A stretch of DNA of 64,000 bases from a bacterium (GTDB taxonomy: Bacteria > Hinthialibacterota > Hinthialibacteria > Hinthialibacterales > Hinthialibacteraceae). Made by a program: the position numbers and the translations under genes. Below, one piece after another: positions 1 through 10,113 of the stretch. The stretch covers positions 23,751-87,750 of the forward strand of contig CAXXSM010000143.1 of NCBI GenBank assembly GCA_963663405.2, read 5' to 3'. Each line of letters opens with the position of its first letter. Positions within the stretch are counted from its first letter, which is position 1. The notes under the pieces were generated by a model. It had not been told where the DNA came from. It worked only from the letters and a program-made list of their open reading frames with translations, and did not search any database.

Positions 1-89
1 ACCGAACCGTCCTGCTTCCGGTACGAGAGTACATCGGTGATGTAGCCTTCCTCGACATCGGCAAAGTGGGGTAAGAATCCTTGTGGCAT
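1..89 (-). CDS. 5' end of a gene running off the window (MPQGFLPHFADVEEGYITDVLSYRKQDGS...), function unknown
   Basis: ATG at 89 preceded by AAAAGGAG RBS; frame open to the window edge. Confidence 0.55.
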   Translation of the reverse strand, partial: MPQGFLPHFADVEEGYITDVLSYRKQDGS

Positions 90-215
90 CAACCGGGCTC
101 CTTTTCGGATCGAGCATTTTTATCCCCAAAAAGGTATCTTGCCAAAATCATCAACTCTACGGAATCCCCCGGCCCAGCTCAGGAGGTCTGAACTTAAATT
201 TTTAAATACGAACAC

Positions 216-259
216 AATAAAACCGGGGCAAGTGATCATTTCCGCCCCGGTTTTTTATT
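216..259. terminator. Intrinsic terminator, bidirectional type
   Basis: aataaaaccggggc...gccccggttttttatt hairpin with A/T tracts on both sides, just downstream of the 319-1245 gene. Confidence 0.75.
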
Positions 260-318
260 GACCTTTTGCTGATTGAGACATCAGAGAACAGCGAGTGTCC
301 CTCCAACCATTCGCCGGT

Positions 319-1245
319 TTATTTTCTTTCTTCAACCTTAAGAACACTGGAGATATGATCCAGTTGGGTGATGACTTTTTCAATATTCAACACGTTATCG
401 ATGATTACACTTTCACCATGATCGGGGAACTTGAGAATCAAACGGCCTGAATTGATTAACGGGAGATAGTATTCGATCACGTCCTGCACATCTTTGACGA
501 ATTTCATACGCTGCGTGGGGAAACGCAATTGCTGTTCCAAAAGCCCACCGATTACAAGCACTTCATTGGATTCAATTTTAACGTAATGAAAACGAACCAC
601 TCCGAGCGAGATCAGCATTAGAATCGCCCAAATCACAAAGAATCCCAGATAAAACTGAGGACTGGCGGTCGGAGTCATGCTGAGGAGTTTCTCGAACAGG
701 GCTGGTAGAAATTCAAGTTGCTGGTTCAAAAGAATCAGCGCGAGAATCGCCGCTACGGAGACGGAGAAGGTGATCAACGCCCAACGGATTTCCATATCGA
801 TACAAAGCGTGAAGAGCGAAAATCCTAGAACGAGGAGAAAGAGCGTACCCAGAATCCGGTCAACGATGACCCCCGAAGTGAATCCTTTCAATTCTTTGTC
901 TAGTTCATCGGGCGCCAGCGGCGCGGCAATGGATTTCTGCGCAGCGGTCGTTTGGGTCGCGTCTGTCACGGCGTCCGGCGCCGATCCGGCATCTTGACCG
1001 CCACTTTCTTCTAGGGCGCTCTGTTGGACCACGGCTTTTACATGCTTCTGCAAATGTTTGATGTGGGGCGCGCTTCCCATAAATTGACCAAAGAGAAAAC
1101 AGACCAACGCCAATAAGGCAACGGGATAAAGAACCGGTGTCTTTGGCCACATGCGTATAATGATCGGCCCTTCGAAGTTCATTTTCTTTGTTTCTGGTTC
1201 CGTTGAAGTGGCGCCGCCGCTGGTTGTCGTGTTATCTGGTTCCAT
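319..1245 (-). CDS. Hypothetical integral membrane protein (about 4 TM) with possible C-terminal bacterial PH-like domain
   Basis: 308 aa ORF, four hydrophobic segments, C-terminal beta-rich soluble region. Confidence 0.75.
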   Translation of the reverse strand: MEPDNTTTSGGATSTEPETKKMNFEGPIIIRMWPKTPVLYPVALLALVCFLFGQFMGSAPHIKHLQKHVKAVVQQSALEESGGQDAGSAPDAVTDATQTTAAQKSIAAPLAPDELDKELKGFTSGVIVDRILGTLFLLVLGFSLFTLCIDMEIRWALITFSVSVAAILALILLNQQLEFLPALFEKLLSMTPTASPQFYLGFFVIWAILMLISLGVVRFHYVKIESNEVLVIGGLLEQQLRFPTQRMKFVKDVQDVIEYYLPLINSGRLILKFPDHGESVIIDNVLNIEKVITQLDHISSVLKVEERK

Positions 1246-1338
1246 TAGTGTCCCTTTCTTTTTCTTTGATTGATTTATAATTCGCGAGGATTAAGCGTAT
1301 AGTATACTACGATTATTCTCTCATGAATAATTCATTTT

Positions 1339-1511
1339 CTATGAAAATGAGTTTCGAAAACATTCTCGTTCGAATTCACTCCCGCGACTCATTTTCATTT
1401 GCAGTTGTGATCTTAAATTATGATGTTTTATATGAAAATGAGTTTCGATAACTTTCTCGTTCGTGATTTCCACCGCAATTCATTTTCATTTGCATGTTGC
1501 GATCTCAAACC
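1339..1511. repeat. Two tandem copies of dispersed palindromic element family A (58-bp core ATGAAAATGAG...CTCATTTTCAT plus tail)
   Basis: Cores at 1341-1398 and 1432-1489; same element at 13789, 32066, 58116, 59736, 59827. Confidence 0.85.
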
Positions 1512-1640
1512 AAAATAGCATCTAAGAGAATCTTCGCCGACATTAGCCGGAAAGACAAGGATTTCCCCTCATTTTCCATAATATTTTGTGGAATACGTTG
1601 ACTGGATTGGTGTCTCGCAGGAGGAATTATTCAGATTGTT

Positions 1641-2690
1641 TTAATATTTCCTCCCAAAGACCATGAATTCAATAATCCCCAGAAGAACTCCAAAACCGCT
1701 GATGAACGCGTCGATCCAATTGAGCGGAATTCCTTTCAACGCAAACGAAAGACTCCGTTTCTTTACCAAATACCACTCGAAAGATTTGATTAAATAGAGA
1801 AACATCAACCCGAACGCGGCCGTAACCACAAGGAATATGGATTGTACAAACGATAGCGCTCCAAAGAACAACATCGCATAGACCACGGGAATTCGGACCA
1901 TTGTGGAGGGGGCGTTCGTGCCAAACCGTCCCGATTCGCCGATTGAGCCGTTCTCCTGACTTTCCCCTGAATCCGGTTCGGATCGATTCCGCAGCAAAAA
2001 TTTCGCCAGATCGCGTGAGCGCCGGAATTGGTTGCGGATAAATCCACGGAAGGTCAGTTTCTTGTTATGAATCACTTCCAGCGAACGATCGAGGCGAATA
2101 CGGAATCCATGCTTGATCAAGTTCCGTCCCAAGGTACGGTCCTCGATGGAGGCGTCGCGGATATTCTCATCGAATCCCCCGCATTCGTGAAACGCCGTGC
2201 GGCGCACGGCGGTGATGGAGGTGAATGTCGTGTCGATCCAATCGGGCAATTGGTTTAATACGTACCGGTTATACAAGTTTTTGTACTGAGAGATGTAATT
2301 CGCATAGGGACAAACGCTGGAGAACGTTCCCTGCACGGCGTCAGCGCCGGATTCATCGAATCGTGTTTTAAGTTGGTTCAGAAGTGGTTTGAGAACGAGC
2401 ACATCGCTGTCGGTGAAAAGCAATATTGAATACTGCGTGTGCCGCGCCCCTTCGTTTCTCGCCGTAGCAGGGCCGCTGTTGGTTTGGAGTTGGATCACTT
2501 TAGCGCCTGCGTCACGGGCGAGTTGGGGGGTTTTATCCGTCGAGGCGTCGTCGACGACAATCACTTCATACGGCTCCCCGTCCAGGTTGAAGAGGCTCTG
2601 CAACGTATCGGGCAACGTCTTTTCACCGTTATAAACCGGGACAATGATCGAGAAACCTTCTTGAACAGTGTTTTCAACCGGGTCGTTCAT
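1641..2690 (-). CDS. Glycosyltransferase family 2
   Basis: SIIVPVYN, VVDDASTD, FTDSD, GGFDE, EDRTLG motifs; C-terminal TM helices. Confidence 0.92.
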   Translation of the reverse strand: MNDPVENTVQEGFSIIVPVYNGEKTLPDTLQSLFNLDGEPYEVIVVDDASTDKTPQLARDAGAKVIQLQTNSGPATARNEGARHTQYSILLFTDSDVLVLKPLLNQLKTRFDESGADAVQGTFSSVCPYANYISQYKNLYNRYVLNQLPDWIDTTFTSITAVRRTAFHECGGFDENIRDASIEDRTLGRNLIKHGFRIRLDRSLEVIHNKKLTFRGFIRNQFRRSRDLAKFLLRNRSEPDSGESQENGSIGESGRFGTNAPSTMVRIPVVYAMLFFGALSFVQSIFLVVTAAFGLMFLYLIKSFEWYLVKKRSLSFALKGIPLNWIDAFISGFGVLLGIIEFMVFGRKY

Positions 2691-2694
2691 AGTG

Positions 2695-3063
2695 ATCCTT
2701 TATTTATATGTGGCTTAGTTGCTTTTTTTTTGTCTGAATCAGGATAGCCAAGATTTTCAGGATGAGCAGGATAAGATGTAATCATTATTCTCTTAATCCA
2801 TTCATCCGGAGCATACATGGCAATCCTTTGTTTGTGTGTGGCTTAGTTACTTTTTTTTGTCTGAATCAGGATAGCCAAGATTTTCAGGATGAGCAGGATA
2901 AGATGTAATCATTATTCTCTCAATCCATTCATCCGGAGCATACATGGCAATCCTTTGTTTGTGTGTGGCTTAGTTACTTTTTTTTGTCTGAATCAGGATA
3001 GCCAAGATTTTCAGGATGAGCAGGATAAGATGTAATCATTATTCTCTTAATCCATTCATCCGG
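2695..3063 (+). repeat. About 3 near-identical tandem copies of a 127-bp unit containing the CAGGAT-periodic motif (family C)
   Basis: tgtctgaatcaggatagccaagattttcaggatgagcaggat recurs at 2731, 2858 and 2985. Confidence 0.92.
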
Positions 3064-3177
3064 GTGAACAAGATATTGATACGCCTGAATCAGGATAGAA
3101 AAACTAGGATAAAAAACATTATCCCCTTTCATTCTTTTGTGGGATTGGAATTATTAAATGTCATACTCCAATAACTT

Positions 3178-3396
3178 TAGGATCAGCAGAAAACACGATC
3201 GATCCGTATCCTGATTATCCTGTTAATCCTGGCTATCCTGATTCTGACAAAAAAATCAATCGAATCCCCTCCCACTCTATCGAGTGAGGATGAATTAAGA
3301 AAAATCACACCCATTTTTCTTTTGAATCAACAGAAAAACTCGATTCACAAGTATCCTGACTATCCTATCAATCCTGGCTATCCTGATTCTGACAAA
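3178..3396 (-). repeat. Two inverted copies of the family C CAGGAT-periodic motif
   Basis: aatcctggctatcctgattctgacaaa ending near 3252 and 3396; near reverse complement of the motif in the 127-bp units. Confidence 0.8.
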
Positions 3397-4510
3397 GGAA
3401 ATCCTCATACATCCCCTGCGCGCGTTCGATCATTCGTTCGACAGAAAAATCGCGTTCAACGCGTTCATGGGCGGCTTTTCCAAGGGTATTCATTTTTTGC
3501 GGATTTGACAACAGTTCCACAATCGCGGACGCGAGCGCGTTGGATTCTCCAGTGGGAACCAGAATTCCTTCCTGATCTCCTTCGAGAACGCTATCCACAC
3601 CCCCAACCCGCGTCGACACAATAGGACGCGCCATCGCCATCGCTTCCAGCATGGCGTTGGGCACCCCCTCTGAACGAGACGAGCAGACAAACATTGTTAA
3701 CGCAGCCAACGCGGATGGCACATCCGGTGTATACCCCGTAAAAATAACTGGATGTGGAAGAGCGAGCGCTGCCGCCTGCTTCTCCAACTGTTCTCGTTCG
3801 GGGCCGTCTCCAATTAAGACAAGGCGGATGTGTGAATTCTGTTTCACAACGGCGCTATAGGCGTCGAGTAGAATATCATACCCCTTCACCCGCTCCAAAC
3901 GCCCCACGCTGCCCAGCAGGGGCGCTTCAGGTGGAATCTCGAACCGCTGACGGAACGCGGCGCCGGTGTCTTCTTGATTATAGAGAGAGAGATCAACGCC
4001 ATTTGGGATTAGATATGTTCTTTTTGGCGGACGTTTCCAGCTTTTCACATACAATTCCAGCTGAGGTGAGATAACCTGCAAGGCGTCCGCGCGCCGGATG
4101 AGTTGATTGTTGCGCCAATGAGAAATCCAACCGCGCAGTGGATTGTTATAGTCCGTTCTGTTGATATTAGGCAAACGTACGATCCAGGGAATCGAAAGAG
4201 CCTTCGCCGCCTGCGCGCCCAGTGTGTTGGAACGAAGCCCGAATGTATGCAACAGAGCCGCATTGCGGCGCCAGGCGATCTCGATCAGAGTCTGGACGGC
4301 CTGGCCGGTGTGCAGACGGCTTTTCATAGGCAGAAATTCCGTCTCGATCCCGCTCTGTTCCGCGAACCGCGCCAGTTCACCGCGATTCGCGATGGGGACA
4401 ACAACAGGATGAAACCGGCGCGGATCGAGTCCCTTGGCGAGTGAGAGAAGATGCCGCTCAACACCACCGAAATTGCCATCCACCCGGCATAATAGAATCA
4501 CTTTTGACAC
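3368..4510 (-). CDS. Glycosyltransferase family 4 (GT-B)
   Basis: GGVERH, IPNGVD, VGRLERVKG, SRSEGVPNAMLEAMA motifs. Confidence 0.93.
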   Translation of the reverse strand: MSKVILLCRVDGNFGGVERHLLSLAKGLDPRRFHPVVVPIANRGELARFAEQSGIETEFLPMKSRLHTGQAVQTLIEIAWRRNAALLHTFGLRSNTLGAQAAKALSIPWIVRLPNINRTDYNNPLRGWISHWRNNQLIRRADALQVISPQLELYVKSWKRPPKRTYLIPNGVDLSLYNQEDTGAAFRQRFEIPPEAPLLGSVGRLERVKGYDILLDAYSAVVKQNSHIRLVLIGDGPEREQLEKQAAALALPHPVIFTGYTPDVPSALAALTMFVCSSRSEGVPNAMLEAMAMARPIVSTRVGGVDSVLEGDQEGILVPTGESNALASAIVELLSNPQKMNTLGKAAHERVERDFSVERMIERAQGMYEDFLCQNQDSQD

Positions 4511-4589
4511 GGTTTCGCTATCCTCTTATTGAGCAATACAGTATGATAGAATTCGTCTTTCTCTCATTCAATAGCGAGGTTTGGAAACG

Positions 4590-5639
4590 ATGAAACTATT
4601 GTCTTCTTCCTTACTCACCACTGGTTTTTTGTTTGGATTGATAGGCTGTCCTGGTGCGCTTGCGCGTGATTTGGAGATTTACTTTATCGATGTCGTTGGT
4701 GGCGCGGCGACATTGATTGTGACACCCGCCGGGGAATCGATCTTGGTGGATACTGGATGGATGCGGGACGATCACCGCGATTCGAACCGGATATACGACG
4801 CGCTTATCAATCGCGCCAAATGCTCTCAGATCGATTATTGTATTACGACCCATTGGCATAGAGACCATTTCGGTGGGATTGGGCCTTTAAGCGAGCGCGT
4901 GCCGATCGAGCGTTTCTACGACCGGGGTGTTCCAGAATCGTTCTCCGAAGATCCCGAACATTATCCAATTCAGATGGAGGCGTATCTAAAAGCCTGCAAA
5001 GGGCGGAACAAGACCATGAATCCGGGGGAGGAAATTCCGCTGAAACAGCTAGACGGACATCCTCCCATCCGGCTCGTTTGCGTGGCGGTCAACCGAGAAG
5101 TTACACCGATTGGCGCGTCCAAGAACGCAAATAAGGTATGTGAAGACGCCCCATTGCGTGAACGTGACAACAGCGATAACGCGAACAGTATCGCGCTGCT
5201 CTTATCGTATGGGAATTTTCAATTCTTCAACGGCGGCGATATCACATGGAACATCGAACACAAACTGGTCTGCCCAGAAAACAAGATCGGAGACATCGAT
5301 CTTTACATGGTGAATCATCATGGCTTCGACATCAGCAACAATCCGGTCTTCTTACAAAGCATCAATCCCCGCGTAGCGGTCGTCTGCAACGGCCCGACAA
5401 AAGGATGTACACCAAAAACCATCGCCCGTCTCCGCGCCCTGCCGGAGATGCAGGCGATTTATCAGCTTCACCGAAACATAAGATCCAGCGCTCAAGAAAA
5501 CACCGATCCAGCGTACATCGCCAATCCCGATCCGGAGAAATCGGGGATTTTTGTCAAAGCGACGGTTCCCAAGGAAGGTGGGTGGTTTGATGTTTGTATT
5601 GGAGAGAATGGGCAATCGAGGCGGTTTGAAGTGAAATAG
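4590..5639 (+). CDS. Secreted metallo-beta-lactamase-fold hydrolase, ComEC/Rec2-like
   Basis: FIDVVGGAATL, LVDTG, THWHRDHFGG, GGD, NHHG motifs; N-terminal signal-like segment; ATG 4590 with GAGG RBS. Confidence 0.88.
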   Translation: MKLLSSSLLTTGFLFGLIGCPGALARDLEIYFIDVVGGAATLIVTPAGESILVDTGWMRDDHRDSNRIYDALINRAKCSQIDYCITTHWHRDHFGGIGPLSERVPIERFYDRGVPESFSEDPEHYPIQMEAYLKACKGRNKTMNPGEEIPLKQLDGHPPIRLVCVAVNREVTPIGASKNANKVCEDAPLRERDNSDNANSIALLLSYGNFQFFNGGDITWNIEHKLVCPENKIGDIDLYMVNHHGFDISNNPVFLQSINPRVAVVCNGPTKGCTPKTIARLRALPEMQAIYQLHRNIRSSAQENTDPAYIANPDPEKSGIFVKATVPKEGGWFDVCIGENGQSRRFEVK

Positions 5640-5689
5640 TAAAGTGTGTTAATCAGGACCGGCGATTACTTTTTTAATGGGTGGTAAAC

Positions 5690-6641
5690 TTATTTCATTA
5701 ATTCCCAACAAGATACCGAGGATTGAGAAATCGCATTGATTACAGTCATCATGTCACTATAAGTTGATACGTACGTCACTAAACCGTTTTCATATCGTAC
5801 TATATTACAGGAACGAAGTGGTTTATCCGGTTTGGAGCCAGATGGCAGAGATGCAATATTATTATGTTCTGTAAAAATCCAACCATTTCCTAAGTCAAGC
5901 AGGCGGGTCGTTTCATATTGTATATCTGGATACATGGCATACGTTTGTTCTTGAGTTGCAATAAGTTGAGATCGATTCATTGCAACTCCAGGATTTGCCG
6001 CGGTATAATACTCGACACTCACTGCGTGTATTTTGGCAAAACTAATAATGTCATGGTTATTTACGTCAATTATAAATTTTCCCCACATTTCAGTTGGTGA
6101 GAGTCCTGTGACAGGTTCGGGACCGGGTAGCTCAAAAGAAGGTACTAACTCCGGCGCAGGTGGCGCTTCTATGATTTCCAATTGGACTAATGTGGGGAGT
6201 TTATCCTGATAATTTGTCCATTTCTTTATTTTCCCATTGTCCATTTCAAGAATATCCACAGCGCCAAATGTGTAGGATTTCCCTTTTACAGGGGGATAAC
6301 CAGGTATGTCAGATAGGAACGTACCGTTTCCTATAACGAGAGCGATCACTGTATTTTCGTGAACGAATCCTTGTTCTATTTCAAAGTGAAATTCAATCGA
6401 GTCATACCATATTTTCTTCTTTTCAATCCAGGCTTGTTTTCCTTCCGTTATATTATCAGGTTCATCATAAACATAATCTTCAATTATCTCTTCATCTAAC
6501 ATTGCGACGATCGCATCAAAATCCTGGTTATTATGCGCTTCGTAAAACGCATGCATAACATCCAATGGCGTTTGAGCCATGGCCCCCCATAGTGAATACG
6601 AGAAAGGCAGTGATGATTCCCAACAACTTGATTGTTTTCAT
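5690..6641 (-). CDS. Secreted tandem SnoaL/NTF2-like domain protein; signal peptide separated by a +1 frameshift in a G6 run near 6583-6588
   Basis: Two NTF2-like repeats (FYEAHNNQDFDAI; FIIDVNNHDIISF); removing one G gives MKTIKLLGIITAFLVFTMGAMA-QTPL from ATG 6641 with AAGGAG RBS. Confidence 0.8.
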
Positions 6642-6756
6642 CGTTCATTCTCCTTATTTTATGTTAATAATTGAGTAAAATCGCTTGCCATAGGAAAGTG
6701 CAGTTTTTCTAATAACCAGATTACAATTAAACTTACAATCCATTTTGCTGTACTTT

Positions 6757-8875
6757 TTAATACTGCGACCAAAGACCTAATGGAATACCGGAAGAACCAA
6801 AACGATACACCCATGTATTGCGGTCTGATAAAAAATCTCTTTGATTATTCCCTTTTGGTATAATGCCAAAAACGCCGCCATGCAAAATAATTCGATTTCG
6901 TTTGGAGTCGTAAGCCATTTTATGCGCGGCTCTTCCTGCCGGTTCCATTCCAATTGAATCAATTTGTTTCCACTCGTACCCGTCCCATTCCCATAAATCT
7001 GTATATAAATGAAGATCTATAGAAAAGTCAAAATAATCAACCTTATCCACACCACCGTACAGTATGGTTTTTTTGCGGTGCGTGTCATAAACCATTGCAT
7101 GACTCGTTCTGGGTCCAGGAGTATTGCCTGTGAGAGCTACTTGTGTCCACGTTGAACCATCCCACTCCCATGTGTCACCTAAAGCGGTTTGCCCACTATC
7201 TGGTCCTGGATTCGAAGGTCCAGAACCGTAGTCTCCATTCGGAACTCCTCCATAGAGTACGGTCCGTCCCCGTGCGGAATCATAGACCATTGCAGAATAG
7301 ATCCGGGCGGGGGGCCCATCCTCGGTGATTTTGGTCCATGTTGTTCCATCCCATTCCCAGGTTTCTTGAAAAAAAGGACTTGTTAAACCATTAACTGATG
7401 TTCCTCCAAACATCACAATCCTATCGCGTTTAGAGTCGTAGACTAATTCTTGTTCCCAGCGCCAGCTCGGTCCCGATGTAGATGCTATCTGCCAAGATAC
7501 TCCATCCCATACCCAAAGTGTTCCACAGTCAGGATAACCTACAGCATTATGCAATACTATTCTTCCCCGTTTTGAATCATAAGCCATTCTGAAATTCCTG
7601 GCATCAGTTGGTTCAGAGGTACGAGCAGTTCGGGTCCAAGTATTGCCATCCAATTCCCACATGTCGTCATAGTTTTGGCTGCTGTTTGTAGAACTACCAC
7701 CATATAAAACCACTTTGTCCCGAATAGGATCATAGATCATTCCATGATACGCGACTCCTGGCCCCTCATTAGATACTTTTATCCACTCGCCGACTTGCGC
7801 CGCTACATTACTCGCGCTGTATAACATAACAACAAGCGTTATGGCAAATAGGGTCACACACATCTTCACGGAAAGGCGTTTTTGCAATAATCGTTGATTG
7901 TCCAGTATCCTCATTAATCTCCTCCTGATCATCGTATCGTAATTGACAATTCCAATTGCGTTTGTAATGGATGTTTGGTAATTCGTCTGGACAACGAGAG
8001 ACAAAAATCCCTCGCCGCATTCTTTGCGTTTCGCCCGATGTGATCGATAACGCGATATCGTCACAAGCGTATTCCCTTAATTGATTGATGATGAAATTTG
8101 TAAACCACACGACGGGATGGAAGAAAAAAACAATGTGCAGGATTTTTTGCAAACTGGATACAAGAACATCGCCGCGTTTGATGTGCGCGAGTTCGTGAAG
8201 AAGAATCCAGTGGACTTGATTTTGGGTATATGCGTCCGCGAAGCCTTCGGGTACGGCGATCGTGGGCCGGAGAATCCCAAACGTCATGGGGGATTGGATC
8301 TTGGAATTCGTCACCCAGCGGATGGTTTGTTTCACACCGGCTAACCGTTGCAACCGGTCGAAATCAATCTTTGGATGCGGCGTCTCCATCGGCCTGCATA
8401 GCCGCAGCAAACGCCGGTTCCAGCGCTCCACCCAGAACAGACAAGCGGATAAAACCACGATAATCGTAAACCAGAAGAACATGAAAAAGGATACGATCGA
8501 CAGCGGTTCCCGTTCTGCTTGCCTGGAAGAATCATCTACGGCGGTTGGCGTCACCTTCTCCGTCCCAAGCGCGTCCGGATTTTGCGGATCACCCCACCAA
8601 TGGAATCCCATTCCCTGAGAGATGAAGACCGTATTTTCTTGTGGAAAAAATGACAATAATAAATTGGGAGCGGATATCTGTCCGTGAAACACCAACTTGA
8701 GCAGCACAAGAAGAAACAGCCAGTACCCAAATTGCGGAGACATCCAAGGACGGCGGCGAACGAACAACCACAAGCAGCCAATCATCAAAAAGATCACCGT
8801 CGATTCAAGAACCGAGGCCCACATCCATTGCGCCCAGGTGAGAGCGACTGGGTTGATCGTTCCAATCAGGTCCAT
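6757..8875 (-). CDS. BlaR1/MecR1-like M56 metallopeptidase fused to a Kelch beta-propeller (about 705 aa, +1 frameshift near 8035)
   Basis: ILLHELAHIKRGD, FFFHPVVW, REYACDD; removing one G joins to KRKECGEGFL with the same spacing as the paralog at 60050; about 6 YDSxRxRxVLxGG...TWEWDG Kelch repeats. Confidence 0.85.
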
Positions 8876-8878
8876 GAT

Positions 8879-9280
8879 TCACTCCTTCTCTTCGCTTTGC
8901 GCCTCTTCATATTCATCCAGGATTTCACGCATTTTCTGGATATTTTCGGGCGATAGTTTTCCCTTTTTCACCATGTGGACAATCAAGGGTGCGAGCAGTT
9001 CATCCTTCGTATTCTCAATCAGAACATCGGCCGCTTTCCGCGCCATTTTGTACGCGGACGTGACCGGCTCATAGAGATAACAGTTCCCGACTTGTTTCGT
9101 CTTGAGATGGCCTTTGTCCACTAAACGCCGGAGATAGGTTTTGGCCGTGCTGGGACTCCAACCCAGCGTCGTCTTCACGGCGTCGTACACATCCCGCGCG
9201 GCGCAGGATTTCCGTTCCCACACCACCTTCATAATCTTCCATTCCGCCGGGCTCAATCCTTCGCCCTCTTTCTTGGTCAT
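8879..9280 (-). CDS. blaI: BlaI/MecI/CopY family repressor
   Basis: LSPAEWKIMKVVW, WSPSTAKTYLRRLVDKG; directly upstream of the M56 gene. Confidence 0.93.
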   Translation of the reverse strand: MTKKEGEGLSPAEWKIMKVVWERKSCAARDVYDAVKTTLGWSPSTAKTYLRRLVDKGHLKTKQVGNCYLYEPVTSAYKMARKAADVLIENTKDELLAPLIVHMVKKGKLSPENIQKMREILDEYEEAQSEEKE

Positions 9281-9289
9281 GAAATTCTC

Positions 9290-9346
9290 CTGTCTACAAA
9301 CTAACGTTATAGTCTACATAGTAAGACGATAGATTTATAATGTCAA
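9290..9346 (-). promoter_or_regulatory. Sigma70 promoter with overlapping putative BlaI operator
   Basis: TTGACA-17nt-TACTAT on the minus strand; imperfect palindrome GTCTTACTATGTAGAC over the -10 and a second TGTAGAC half-site 20 bp downstream. Confidence 0.7.
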
Positions 9347-9407
9347 CACCTAAAAACAACATTTTTTGAAAAAAATTGGGGATTACAAGGATGGATACAA
9401 CGAAGTT

Positions 9408-9938
9408 TTATTCCTCCGCCGTTTCCGCTTGCGCCGCTTTTTCTCTGTCTTCTTTGAGTTGATAATAGCGGCGGCGGAACTGGGGTTCGTCGGGATAGAT
9501 TTTCAGCGCTTGGACGTAATACTGTTCGGCATTATCAAAATCGCCTAACTGATGGAAGAGATCCCCGGCCATATACTTAAACCACGGCATATCCGGATTG
9601 TATTTCACTGCGTGCAGGCATTGCTGCAAGGCTAATCGGAGATAGGTGGTTTGTTGCAGGCGCGTTTGCTGCATGTAGCTTTTCAGCCAATATTGTCTCG
9701 CCAACGAGAAGTAATATCCCGCGCGTTGATATTTCGTCATCTTCTGGGAACCGAGAATAAAAATGTTCTGTTGAATTCGCTCATCAATTCGATCCAGATC
9801 GACACTTCGCAGAATCTGTTTCGCGTGCCAAGGCGGGGGAGCCGCCGGTTCGGGCTGCAACGCGCTGTAGCAGACCATCCCAAACAGCAACCAGATTGTA
9901 GATAAGATACCAATTAGAATACGCATAACCGGCGTCAC
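9408..9938 (-). CDS. Membrane-anchored TPR protein
   Basis: N-terminal hydrophobic helix; AGDLFHQLGDFDNAEQYYVQALKIYP TPR motif. Confidence 0.8.
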   Translation of the reverse strand: MTPVMRILIGILSTIWLLFGMVCYSALQPEPAAPPPWHAKQILRSVDLDRIDERIQQNIFILGSQKMTKYQRAGYYFSLARQYWLKSYMQQTRLQQTTYLRLALQQCLHAVKYNPDMPWFKYMAGDLFHQLGDFDNAEQYYVQALKIYPDEPQFRRRYYQLKEDREKAAQAETAEE

Positions 9939-10113
9939 TTATTACCGCGAAAACAAGGAGAATTCACGGCGCTTTGTTTATTCATCAGTGATTATAATAT
10001 ACAGTTAATAGCGCAACGGTAAATTGAGATCATTTTCCCAACCGTTGCGCCCTAATTATATCGTGTTTTATATGCGTAGTCTATGAAAAATCGAATCTGT
10101 AGAAAGCAACACA

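Noticed and set aside
2695-3063. Regularly spaced repeats resembling a CRISPR array
   Set aside because: The whole 127-bp unit is repeated, there are no unique spacers and no cas genes
5690-9280. Beta-lactam resistance locus
   Set aside because: No penicillin-binding sensor domain or beta-lactamase; the neighbouring MBL-fold gene is convergent and ComEC-like
10011-10050. GCGCAACGGT...ACCGTTGCGC inverted repeat between divergent genes
   Set aside because: Single occurrence, 20-nt loop and no U tract; no function can be supported
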